A DNA stretch of 64,000 nt from Antedon mediterranea (lineage: Eukaryota > Animalia > Echinodermata). The stretch is from positions 610,201-674,200 of the forward strand of contig NC_092670.1 of the NCBI RefSeq assembly GCF_964355755.1, read 5' to 3'. Below are positions 1 to 12,600 of this stretch, piece after piece. The notes beneath the pieces are model-generated. The model searched no databases and had not been told where the DNA came from. It worked only from the letters and a program-made list of their open reading frames with translations. The first letter of the stretch is position 1. Every line of letters begins with the position of its first letter. Both the position numbers and the translations under genes were made by a program.

Positions 1-1063
1 TGCAAATCAATTCAATTTATTATTATTATTAAACATTTAATTCATCAAATGCCATACAAATAGTACAAAGCATAAATTAGGACCAACCTAGAAGTAAACT
101 TGTCTCAGTTGACCCTTTAACATGGTTACACAAAATAATAAGAACAAGTGAGAATATGAAGCATCAGTAATAATATATAATAGAAATGAAATGTTCAATA
201 TCTTTCTTAAATTGAACAAAATGTTTGATTTCTTTTATACAGTACTAATAGGAAGCTTGTTCCATTGGGTGTGGCTTGGGTGTGGCCCGGCGGTTTACAA
301 ACAAACAAGTTTTTGTACAAGTATAGAAAATGGAATAATCATATGATGATCTAAATGACAGAAATAAAAAAAGGCTTTTCAATCGTTTGAAAAACAAATC
401 TGTTTATGACGATTTATATTTCCTATGTTATGAATATCTAACACATTTTTTGCCATTAAACTGTCATTCTAATTCCTCTTTAAAAAAAATTAGTACATTT
501 TCAAAGCTATAACAAAGAATGCTTGAATTTGTTAAAGTTACACTTAAAACCGGAACACGCTGCAAATGTATTTCTTTCCTACTTAAAATATGATCATATT
601 TCATTTTGTCCAAAACTTGTCGAAAGGATTACATTAATGGACGGTTCCATTATTGTTGAAGGGTAGTCGCATTGAAAGATAACATCAGCAGAAAAAAATT
701 ACAAAATGTTTAAAAGGATTATTTAAAACACTAAATTCAAAAAGTATTTATTTGGTAGAATAATTCAAATTTGAGTGCAGTTTGTACAGTAATTGTATCT
801 ATTACGTATGTATTGTTACCTTACAGTATTTATTTGGTACAGTAGAATAATTCGAACTGTAGTCCAGTTTCTATGTCCATAATTGTGCTAACTATATTTG
901 TTGCAGTAAAGTAACACAGTAACCAAATTTAATTGTTGTGTAGATTGAATAAGAACAAGAATATTAATCCAATAACAAATAATAATCCAATAAAAAAGTC
1001 AATAATAATGAAATTACAAAACTAATAACAATAAAAGGACTATAGTGTTCTTAACATGCAGAA

Positions 1064-1520
1064 CTTAATGAAAGTAAAGTATACTGTGTAGAATTATAAC
1101 TCCGCTGTTTCCATAGTGTACTTAATGAAAGTAAAGTATACTGTGTAGAATTATAACTCCGCTGTTTCCATAGTGTACTTAATGAAAGTAAAGTATACTG
1201 TGTAGAATTATAACTCCGCTGTTTCCATAGTGTACTTAATGAAAGTAAAGTATACTGTGTAGAATTATAACTCCGCTGTTTCCATAGTGTACTTAATGAA
1301 AGTAAAGTATACTGTGTAGAATTATAACTCCGCTGTTTCCATAGTGTACTTAATGAAAGTAAAGTATACTGTGTAGAATTATAACTCCGCTGTTTCCATA
1401 GTGTACTTAATGAAAGTAAAGTATACTGTGTAGAATTATAACTCCGCTGTTTCCATAGTGTACTTAATGAAAGTAAAGTATACTGTGTAGAATTATAACT
1501 CCGCTGTTTCCATAGTGTAC
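1064..1520. repeat. 57-bp minisatellite, 8 copies
   Basis: Unit cttaatgaaagtaaagtatactgtgtagaattataactccgctgtttccatagtgta repeats with period 57 (1064, 1121, ...). Confidence 0.97.
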
Positions 1521-2258
1521 TTTTTATTCAAAATAGAAATGGAGATATTAATGCAAATTAAACAGTAAATGAAATTAATTTCTTCTTTGTTGACTTTTAT
1601 TCAAATTTATGTAACTAAATAATTTCTTCTTTACTGTTGCCATGACGGAGCATCATGACAATAGTTTATCAAGTTAGTATTCATAATGATAATTATCGCC
1701 ATAGAAACAGATTGCAATAAACAAACCATTTATTTTAATAGCTTCCACAAATAAATAGATGTTTTGTTGTAAAAACTAAGAATTAGTTTGTTTTTTGGTT
1801 GTAAATCGATTAAAAAAAGGAAAGAGAATATACAAAGTAAAAATGATTTAAACTATTTGAAACTAAAAATACCACCAAATGGCATATGAAATTAATTTAG
1901 CTGAAAACTTTCAAATTACAGAAATGAGACATTCTCAACTGACTTCCGTAGCAAGTTACATAAATTCTCTTGAATTTAATGTACCATACTAAGTTTTTCA
2001 ATTTGAATAGTTTGGAGAAAATTACTGTTGGATTTACTTTATGTATATCTTGATTATTTTTTTCCATTTCTTGTCTTTTTGTAAAAGTGTATGCCCAAAT
2101 AAATAAATAAACTATTGCATAGATACTGTAGGAAAACAAGTAGGGGATCACCTACAAAACAGCCTTAACTATCTGATGATAGTCTGATAATACAAGACTA
2201 GACAGACTGCTTTGAACGTGATCCCTTGTTTTGTAAATGTGCTAAAATATTGTTTCAA

Positions 2259-2419
2259 TTATTGTATGATTTCAACTGTCTCATACTAACATTAACTTTC
2301 AGATTGTATTATTGTATGATTTCAATTCAACTGTCTCATAATAACATTAACTTTCAGATTGTATTATTGTATGATTTCAATTCAACTGTCTCATAATAAC
2401 ATTAACTTGCAGATTGTAT
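2259..2419. repeat. ~50-55-bp tandem repeat, 3 copies
   Basis: ttattgtatgatttcaa(ttcaa)ctgtctcataataacattaactttcagattgta occurs three times. Confidence 0.9.
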
Positions 2420-2793
2420 AGAATTTAATAAACTTTGTTTATGGTGCATTAGCACTTGAGTTTTAACTTATTTCCTGTCATGCTGATACAATATAATTTA
2501 ATTTTATATTTGACAAAATAACAAAACGATAATAAACATTTAACACACATTTCACATTTTAACTTTAATAAAGGAAAACAAAAAATGTTTAATATTATTA
2601 TATTATTAAACTACTCTATGTACTGTATCTTTGTTTCTCTTTTAATGGGTCCTGGTGAGACTAGTAATCGCCCCTAGATGCCCCTTTTTCTTCTTAATTT
2701 AATAATAATAATAATTCTTAATAATTCTTTCATGAAAATACCTCATGTTTTTGCTTTGTCCTGTATCATTGCGCCATTAAATGTTATAAATAA

Positions 2794-3137
2794 ATTAAAG
2801 TACAGTGGAATTCAACATTAAAGTACAGTGGAATTCAACATTAAAGTACAGTGGAATTCAACATTAAAGTACAGTGGAATTCAACATTAAAGTACAGTGG
2901 AATTCAACATTAAAGTACAGTGGAATTCAACATTAAAGTACAGTGGAATTCAACATTAAAGTACAGTGGAATTCAACATTAAAGTACAGTGGAATTCAAC
3001 ATTAAAGTACAGTGGAATTCAACATTAAAGTACAGTGGAATTCAACATTAAAGTACAGTGGAATTCAACATTAAAGTACAGTGGAATTCAACATTAAAGT
3101 ACAGTGGAATTCAACATTAAAGTACAGTGGAATTCAA
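2794..3137. repeat. 23-bp minisatellite, ~15 copies
   Basis: attaaagtacagtggaattcaac repeated head-to-tail with no spacers. Confidence 0.97.
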
Positions 3138-4014
3138 TATTTCTTTCAGAATGTTGTATCCACCTGGCTTTATGTCATCAAAATAGTGTGAAAACAATTT
3201 GAATAATTTAAATTGAAACACTAATTTTTTTGGAAATAGTGGTGGATTCAGTATTGTCCATATGAAAATGAACTACAGTATACCATTTGTGGAGAGGGGT
3301 GATGATGAAAATTTCTACTTTTCAGGTTATATCTTGCTCTTCTAGGAAAAGGGGCTATTGTCGGTTTATCCAGGTAAGTTAGGCACGAAATAGAATATTA
3401 AACTTAGATTTTTGGCTAAAATTTAAAACCTCTTCAAAACAACAGGGACATTTTAATATCATTAAAAACCAATCTATCCAAGAAAGTCTACAATTGTAAT
3501 CGGAAATATTCTTCAAAATGAATTCTCAAAAGATAACATATTTAGGATTATTAATGCAGAACATTAAGCATGAACCATCTTAGGGAATGATACTTAGTGC
3601 TAAGATTAGTTTGATAAGAATCAACTTATGGCTTTTTGATGGCCTTCAGGAATATTATGCTAAACCTAAATCATCAGTCACAAGGGACTAGACGACTATG
3701 TTTTAATTGCAAAACCATACAGAAAATAAAACAAAAGACATTACTTTATATTAAAACATCACTATTTTCTATACCACAGTTTATTTTTAAATTTGTTATA
3801 TACTTAAGTAATTGATTGGCATATCCAATGCTTTATAGACTTTTGATATTTTGTATTATTAGTAGGCCTATTATTACAGTGTGTACAATATTTATGTAAC
3901 CAACAAAATATGCTAAAAATAAAGACGTAACTTAATAGCTGTATTAATCCACTTATTAACTCCACTAATTCTGGATCTACAGCAGGTACAATTTTATTGC
4001 AACTCAAGTTTTAA

Positions 4015-4592
4015 AGGCCAGGTGCAGGTCAAAAATTTCTATTGATCATACATTCCAATAATTATCGATCTATAGTTTGCCCTATGTTTCATCATTTTTG
4101 GAATTTTACAAGCTTGTTGAAAATAAGCACTTTCTTATCAGTGGGGGGATAGTTCAAATTACACAGTAAGATCTCTATTCTTTTGTACACAAATGTTGTA
4201 TATAGAGGCATTTTTATAAAGCTATAAAAAATAAACGACGTGGTAAAAAATGCCTACATATAGGTAATATAACTTGTAATTTTACGTTTCTGGTATTTTT
4301 ATTCAACTTCAAAGTTTTATTTTCATGCTAAGTAGCAAAAGTTATCCACTGTATATCCACCATCTTTTTTAAACCTTCTAGGGAGTCACCAGACATGTTA
4401 TTACATTAGGCTAAACTACCTAACTACTAAAAAAAGTCTTCCTGGTTTTTATATAGCAGAATTTTGTCAAATTTTGTATTTGACCATTTTAAAGGAAATT
4501 AATGTTTTTTCGTCAAGATTTCTATTACAAATATCTGTTTTATGTACAATTAACCAGATATTATGTTTAAAATTCATGCCTGTACCTAAGCT
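4015..4592. mobile_element. Non-autonomous TTAA-target DNA transposon (Kolobok-like), copy 1
   Basis: TTAA|AGGCCAGGTGCAGG...CCTGTACCTAAGCT|TTAA with imperfect TIRs. A colinear homologous copy lies at 59046-59611. Confidence 0.75.
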
Positions 4593-5463
4593 TTAAGTAT
4601 GGAAACCTTGGATTCACACTGTACAAAAACAGTACTTGTCTATGTTAGGGGCATTGGACACCTCTTCAGAACAGTATCATCAGCAGCATGCAATGCCCTC
4701 AAGTAGGCAACCACCACCCCTACAAATCTCGCAATTTCTTTTCAACAAGTTCCTTTAAAATGTAGTGTAAAGTAAATACCAACCAAAATAACTTTATGCA
4801 ATCACAGTTAACATTGAATTTGTTTAATAAATGTAAAACAGAACACTTCCCTAGGGCTCGAAAAATAATTTACAACGTATAGGATAAACATTCTATAATT
4901 CAGAAAGTTGTTTTTTCAAGCAAAACTACATCAAAAACATTGAAAGCAATCCAAGATTACTCGCTTGTCTACTTAGAATATAATTTATTGTTTTTTATTA
5001 AACATTTTGAATTTAGTTTCTCATAAATTTGAAATAATTCCATCCGGAGATGTTGTATAATTTACAAATTTAAACTTTATATTTTCTACAACTTTTTATT
5101 ATATTGATATAGCAGATACAGTACCCGCCCAGGAGTAGGTGCCCCATCACCACCACTGTACAGTAGTCACGCATGATTTTCAAATGTACAGTAGTTTCAA
5201 ATCTTACCAAAGCAATATATTTTGATACCCGCATTCAAAACATCTTAAACATACTGCATAAAACAGTTTCAAGAACTACATTAAATAGATTTTTTTTTCC
5301 AATGTTAAACATTTTGGGATACCTCTATTCAGACACACCAAGGATTCATGTTCCCTTAAAATAAAAAAGTTTAGAAAAATTATTATAACACTATTCAAGA
5401 GACATCAATTTGAGTTGCGAAGGTGTCCTATAATAGGGGTCCTACTTATATAGTATACTGTAT

Positions 5464-5772
5464 TGAATAAACATAGTCTGCCTATGTACAATAACTATCC
5501 TGTGAATAAACATAGTCTGCCTATGTACAATAACTATCCTGTGAATAAACATAGTCTGCCTATGTACAATAACTATCCTGTGAATAAACATAGTCTGCCT
5601 ATGTACAATAACTATCCTGTGAATAAACATAGTCTGCCTATGTACAATAACTATCCTGTGAATAAACATAGTCTGCCTATGTACAATAACTATCCTGTGA
5701 ATAAACATAGTCTGCCTATGTACAATAACTATCCTGTGAATAAACATAGTCTGCCTATGTACAATAACTATC
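5464..5772. repeat. 39-bp minisatellite, 8 copies
   Basis: tgaataaacatagtctgcctatgtacaataactatcctg x8. It explains the repetitive ORFs on both strands. Confidence 0.97.
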
Positions 5773-5969
5773 CGTTTTCTCAGTTCAATGTGTTAATATC
5801 ATAATTGATGAAATTTATTTATTTTTCAGCACACAATCTTCACACAATAGAGTGAGAGATATCTCTTTAATGAATGCCCTTAGACACTCTAATTAAAGTG
5901 AATTAATTACTATGCCTTTCCACAGCATCAAGATATTTGTTACTTGCACAGGATTTACAAATCTAATTA

Positions 5970-6645
5970 CCGTACTGACGCGGGTATAAGCCCATACTCG
6001 GGTATAAGCCCACCCCCGACTTTTGACTAATTTTCATGAAAAATGAGGCACTCGGGTATAAGCCCACCCATTAATTCGAAGATCTACAGTGTGTATCGTA
6101 ATACATTATTTTGTATTTGGCGACGTCCATACACCGAATACACCTACCTTTGATCATAACCAAGCTAGGCTAATATACGCTAGGCCATATGAGGCCTAGC
6201 GGTCCTGTTTTGTATACACTCCATTGCGGTCGAAGATCGCTTCACACACGACGCTACAAGTCGCCAAAACGGAAAACCACTATTTGGTATCGGCTGCCAT
6301 AAACAAGCTTATTAAATTTCTTTGGTACATTTCTATTTAACGAACATTGTATACTTGCTTTTCTGCTTGATAAATTCTTGTTCAATTGATGTTTAAAATA
6401 AGATATTCTACGATAAATTACACGAACTATAAGCTAAATTTTCCGACACTCTACACCTCATGTATTTTATTTTTAGAGGCAACATCGTACACGTGAGGGC
6501 GCTCGCTCGCATGGTGGAATACACACAGTGTACATGTGCTGTTTTTGACGATCTGCATTTTTGGATCCTCGGGTATAAGCCCACCCCCCAAACTTGACGT
6601 GATTTCATGTTCAAGGGGGGTGGGCTTATACCCGCGTCAGTACGG
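5970..6645. mobile_element. Tc1/mariner-superfamily (Tc2/pogo-like) MITE
   Basis: TA|CCGTACTGACGCGGGTATAAGCCCA...TGGGCTTATACCCGCGTCAGTACGG|TA: perfect TIRs, TA TSD and internal copies of CGGGTATAAGCCCA. Confidence 0.9.
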
Positions 6646-7515
6646 TAATAGCAATACTGTAGAAGAAGAAATTATAAACCGTCGGTCATACTGAACATTA
6701 ATTAAATAATTTTGAAACGATAAGGTGAGGAATTTTATGGATTTCCTCATTTTTATATTATTTTTTGCTTGTTTTATTTCTGTGCTCTATTCTGGGTTGA
6801 ACAACTAGCATACTGTAGGTGTTTAGCACCTGTTTGGTCTTTTCTTGCGATTTATACTGTCTTCTTTGTTTTGTGTATGGCAGAAAATTGAATAAATAAA
6901 TAAATACATTTTTATTGTTTATTAATATTGATTAAAAATCTGTTTTAAGCCGTGGGTAGCTTTTATATTTTTATATTTGTTGGAGAAGTATCAACAATTG
7001 AATTGAATGAGTGCATAATGATCTACTGTATAAAATATATACTGTTTTGATACAAATTAAAATATATACTGTTGATACAAAATACATGTTATAGTTTTAA
7101 TACCTCGATATGAAGATAAAAATACCATCAGAAACATGGGAAAATCATAAATTACATCTTAACTGTGAAGTTAATTATCATCTAGCAGTACATTAATGAG
7201 CTTAAGTTTAGTATATACTCAAAAATATTATTACTCCATAGGATAATGGACTTAAGTTTAGTATATACTCAATAATATTATTACTCCGTAGTATAATGGA
7301 CTTAAGTTTAGTATATACTCAATAATATTATTACTCCGTAGTATAATGGACTTAAGTTTACAGCCCACGAAATTCAGAAAAAAGAAGGTCGGCAAAAAAT
7401 TGCCGACCTTAAATTCGCCAAGGTCGGCAGTCTCGGCAGTTCTAAAAATAGAAAATTCACCCCAAGGCCTAAACCTCTTGCTAACCTAAAAGGCCTAGCT
7501 AGGCCGGAGCCTAGC

Positions 7516-9652
7516 GGTGTCAGATGAAATCGGTCGCGCTTGAAATCGGTCGCGTTTGAAATCGGTCGCGATAAAATCAACTTCCGGTATTTTGTATGGC
7601 GCGCCGCTAGAGCTGTACCTTTGATGATATCGGTCGCGTTTGAAATCGGTCGCGTTTGAAATCGGTCGCGCTATTTTGTATGGATCGAGCGGGATGCATG
7701 CTAGAGCGGGATATACATTTTTCGTTTATATAGTTAATTGATATTTTTTAGGAACTAGATTATTTATGTGGATATTTTTTACTTGGTTAATAAATATTAT
7801 TATCAATCATTAAATTAATTTTTTTTTTGTATTTCACAGGTCTTGGAGAAGGACTGTGTGTTTTCAAAATGGCCATTTCTAAACACGTATTAGGCATAAT
7901 GTTATATTAGGCATATAATAATTTACCTAGGACCACAATGGAAATAAGTTTGCCGTCTCGGTACTTTTTTGTGTTTTTATCCTATTGATTTTATATCAGA
8001 ATAAAGAAATAAAAATAAAATATCTCTATTTATATGTACTGTAATTAATATATTATATAGAGAATATACGTCTGTCGTGTCTTTTATTATGCAAACAATT
8101 ACGTAAAAGAGAACAATTTATTTAAAAACAATAATTTTTACAATATAGTCCGTAAAGCCAGCGTATCCATTTTTAAACTTATGCATATATGTGGCAGATT
8201 ATATCATCCATGTCGTTAACAACATACTATTCGATCACCTTATTTTATTTCTATCCGTTATGTAGGATAATATTAAGTATATAATGATTATTGTTGAGGC
8301 AAATCACGTGTATATTTTTATTTCTAATGTTTAAAATAGTTTTTAGTAAAATGATCATTATATGGGGATGGTTAAAAGGCGAGTTACTGAAATAAACCCC
8401 CGAATAAGCCATATCGACGGAGATGCGCCTTCTTTGATGGTGAAGCTGTTTCCTCTAACAATACGTTATTTTGCTGACGGGGTTTCCCCTTTTTAAAAAA
8501 CACGCACTTGTTAGTGTGTCAACTCATGGACAAAACACGTATGATCGTTGTCCATGGCGAGATAAAGATGACGTCTATTACTAATAACCATACGTTTGAA
8601 ACGTCTATAGGCCTCCAGCACGTGTTTTTGTGAAACGATTCAATCTCATAATCGACGCGATTATGAGATTATGTTCATTCATTCATTCATTCTTTAATTA
8701 GCCTTTAAAATCGAAATACATTTAAAACATATAGGTAACAAAATCAAGACACGTGGAAATCTAAGGAGGCAAGGATAAGCAAAAGCAATTAAAGTCGCTG
8801 TAGCTCACAGGCTTGCTATATATCCATAATAATTCCGAATAAAGTACTGTTTCTATAATTTGACAGTATGATTTATATATAATTTACGTAAATACGTCGG
8901 CGATACTATAGATTTTAATTTGAATATCTTTTATTTCTTCATTTATAATAATCATTTAATGTAAATAATTAAGTAAGTGCAACTCAGTGTCTCGCATTCA
9001 TACGCCGTTTAGTAAATCTAGGCCTAAATGTTTAAATATCAGTGCAGATTACCTCTTTGAGAATCGTGTTCACCTTTATCTATCATTGTACATCATAGTC
9101 CTACTGTAGGCCGGTAGATTGATTTATAACGGCATATTATCTATATATTTTATTAATATCCTAAAAACCATACGTAATTGTTTGCATAATAAAAGACACG
9201 ACAGACGTATATTCTCTATATAATATATTAATTACAGTACATATAAATAGAGGTAAATTATTATATGCCTAATATAACATTATGCCTAATATAATATTTA
9301 AACGTGTTTAGAAATGGCCATTTTGAAAAGACACAGTCCTTCTCCGAGACCTGTGAAATACAAAAAAAATTAATTTATTGATAATAAATATTACCAAGTA
9401 AAAAATATCCACATAAATAATCTAGTTCCTAAAAAATATCAATTAAATCTATATAAACGAAAAATGTATATCCCGCTCTAGCATGCATCCCGCTCGATCC
9501 ACTCAAAATAGCGCGACCGATTTCAAACGCGACCGATATCATCAAAAGTATACTGCTCTAGCGGCGCGCCATACAAAATACCGGAAGTTGATTTTATCGC
9601 GACCGATTTCAAACGCGACCGATTTCAGACGCGACCGATTTCATCGTAAACC
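7516..9652. mobile_element. Foldback element with ~500-600-bp TIRs and 8-bp TSD (Merlin/MULE-like), nested
   Basis: AGCCTAGC|GG...CC|AGCCTAGC. Arms 7516-~8105 and ~9172-9652 are reverse complements and carry tandem GAAATCGGTCGCG motifs. Confidence 0.85.
8673..8830 (-). mobile_element. 3' tail fragment of an L2-like LINE/SINE with (GAAT)n tail
   Basis: A (ttca)n run followed by sequence nearly identical to 54168-54330. Confidence 0.6.
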
Positions 9653-12600
9653 AGCCTAGCCTCCCTAGCTATGTTATGCAAAAAGAACTAGCAAAATTAA
9701 CTTTAAAAAAATATAAAAACCTAACACTAAAATCTACAAGATAAATTCTATTTGATAATTAATTGCTGAATATCATGGTTCTGGAGCTAGCCGTACACAG
9801 AGCTTAGTTGCTTGCTTGGCATAACAGGGTATTCCCCTACACAGGTCTGTGGCGCACAGCGCTGTGCCCAGTCAGCTTGGTTGATAGGAAAGCATGCAGC
9901 TCACACACAAAATGATGTAATGGTTGAGTGAATTCAGGGATCATCTTAATTCCATGGTTTGTTAACTAAACACAACATGGTGGTGAATATGCCTGTTAAA
10001 ATTTCAATGATACGATCCCTTAAAGTACCATGTTGTTGCTAGGAGGCTTGAAAGGAGGGATCTAGCCTAGTTTCTAGGTCGGCAATCTCTTGCCGTCCTC
10101 TGACAATTTAAGGTCGGCAATAAGGTCGGCAATTGCCGATTGCCGACGTGAAATTCGTGGGCTGAGTTTAGTATATACTCAATAATATTATTACTCCGTA
10201 GTATAATGGACTTAAGTTTAGTATATACTCAATAATATTATTACTCCGTAGTATAATGGACTTAAGTTTAGTATATACTCAATAATATTATTACTCCGTA
10301 GTATAATGGACTTAAGTTTAGTATATACTCAATAATATTATTACTCCGTAGTATAATGGACTTAAGTTTAGTATATACTCAATAATATTATTACTCCGTA
10401 GTATAATGGACTTAAGTTTAGTATATACTCAATAATATTATTACTCCATAGTATAATGGACTTAAGTTTAGTATATACTCAATAATATTATTACTCCGTA
10501 GTATAATGGACTTAAGTTTAGTATATACTCAATAATATTATTACTCTGTAGTATAATGGACTTAAGTTTAGTATATACTCAATAATATTATTACTCCGTA
10601 GTATAATGGACTTAAGTTTAGTATATACTCAATAATATTATTACTCCGTAGTATAATGGACTTAAGTTTAGTATATACTCAATAATATTATTACTCCGTA
10701 GTATAATGGACTTAAGTTTAGTATATACTCAATAATATTATTACTCTGTAGTATAATGGACTTAAGTTTAGTATATACTCAATAATATTATTACTGCATA
10801 GTATAATGGACTTAAGTTTAGTATATACTCAATAATATTATTACTCCGTAGTATAATGGACTTAAGTTTTAATAGTATATACTCAATAATATTATTACTC
10901 CGTAGTATAATGGACTTAAGTTTAGTATATACTCAATAATATTATTAGTCCGTAGTATAATGGACTTAAGTTTAGTATATATTCAATAATATTATTACTC
11001 TGTAGTATAATGGACTTAAGTTTAGTATATACTCAATAATATTATTACTCCGTAGTATAATGGACTTAAGTTTAGTATATACTCAATAATATTATTACTC
11101 CATAGTATAATGGACTTAAGTTTAGTATATACTCAATAATATTATTACTCCGTAGTATAATGGACTTAAGTTTTAATAGTATATACTCAATAATATTATT
11201 ACTCCGTAGTATAATGGACTTAAGTTTAGTATATACTCAATAATATTATTACTCCGTAGTATAATGGACTTAAGTTTTAATAGTATATATTCAATAATAT
11301 TATTACTCCATAGTATAATGGACTTAAGTTTAGTATATACTCAATAATATTATTACTCCATAGTATAATGGACTTAAGTTTTAATAGTATATACTCAATA
11401 ATATTATTACTCCGTAGTATAATGGACTTAAGTTTAGTATATACTCAATAATATTATTACTCCGTAGTATAATGGACTTAAGTTTAGTATATATTCAATA
11501 ATATTATTACTCCATAGTATAATGGACTTAAGTTTAGTATAATATAATCAATAATATTATTACTCCGTAGTATAATGGACTTAAGTTTTAATAGTATATA
11601 CTCAATAATATTATTACTCCGTAGTATAATGGACTTAAGTTTAGTATATATTCAATAATATTATTACTCCGTAGTATAATGGACTTAAGTTTAGTATATA
11701 CTCAATAATATTATTACTCCGTAGTATAATGGACTTAAGTTTAGTATATAATCAATAATATTATTAATATTATTCCATAGTATAATTAAAGAAGTGGTTT
11801 AAAATCTCACAGGGATCATCAGAACTAATCGTCAAAAGAAAATGAATGTGTATGGTTGAATTAAAACAACCTACTGTATAATCACATTATGTTATACAAT
11901 GGAGCTTATTTCTTCATGGCTTAGTTATAATCAATATAATTAGTGAGTTGAGTTTAATATCTCAAGAGTTGTTACATCAGTTTCAAACTGATAAATAGGC
12001 AGAAGATTTTGAAAATACAATGCAACATTGTTCACAATGTTTAGGCCAGTTTATAATGTACCCTTTCACTTCCCTTCCTTTAATTTAAAAATCCTGGATT
12101 CAAAGTTGACTTTAAAATAGGCCTACTGTTACAACAGTGTTTATAATATTAATCTCTCTCTTTTATCTTTCAAATTTGACAAGATCTTTTTGAGTTGAGC
12201 TAAAAACACAGAAATAACATTTTCCACTAAAAACTAAATACTTTTACTTTACGTACATACATAGAAAAATGATTTCAAAAGGGGTTTAAAAAGGACAATC
12301 AAGGTATGTTTTTTATTTCCTACTAATGTTATTTTAAGACTGTTTTTGATTGATTACAATGTAATTGTATAACTACCTGTATAACACAGCTGTCTTTTTA
12401 CTTCAAGGTCACCTTTGGGCCTAGGAAGGAAATCATTGGTTACTGATAGTGACAGTAGTAGTATCTACATGTTGGGCCTAAAGGAAATGTCTCTTCTGCT
12501 ATGAATAGCAACCTTAGACCATGGAGGAATCCTAATATTTCTCCATGCTTTAGATTTAAAAGTTTAGAATCGTTCACACATCTTCTGTACAGTATGTACT

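Larger units (their letters stand above)
7361..10164. mobile_element. Non-autonomous TIR element (hAT-like CAG termini, 6-bp TSD) inserted in the minisatellite
   Basis: AGTTTA|CAGCCCACGAA...TTCGTGGGCTG|AGTTTA, with subterminal AGGTCGGCA/TGCCGAC repeats at both ends. Confidence 0.8.
7197..11765. repeat. 50-bp minisatellite array split by a transposon insertion
   Basis: Unit gtatatactcaataatattattactccgtagtataatggacttaagttta. About 3 units lie at 7197-7360 and about 30 at 10165-11765. Confidence 0.95.

Noticed and set aside
2794-3137. CRISPR-like regular short repeats (also 1064-1520, 5464-5772, 10165-11765)
   Set aside because: Units are head-to-tail with no unique spacers, there are no cas genes, and the context is eukaryotic. 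They are minisatellites.
4634-4760. Possible downstream XYLT exon (also 12410-12545 and 13663-13710)
   Set aside because: Minus-strand translations show stops or no recognisable XYLT motifs.
5442-5804. Repetitive-peptide ORFs on both strands (also 38718-38973 and 38455-38649)
   Set aside because: By-products of stop-free tandem repeats, with no splice or homology support.
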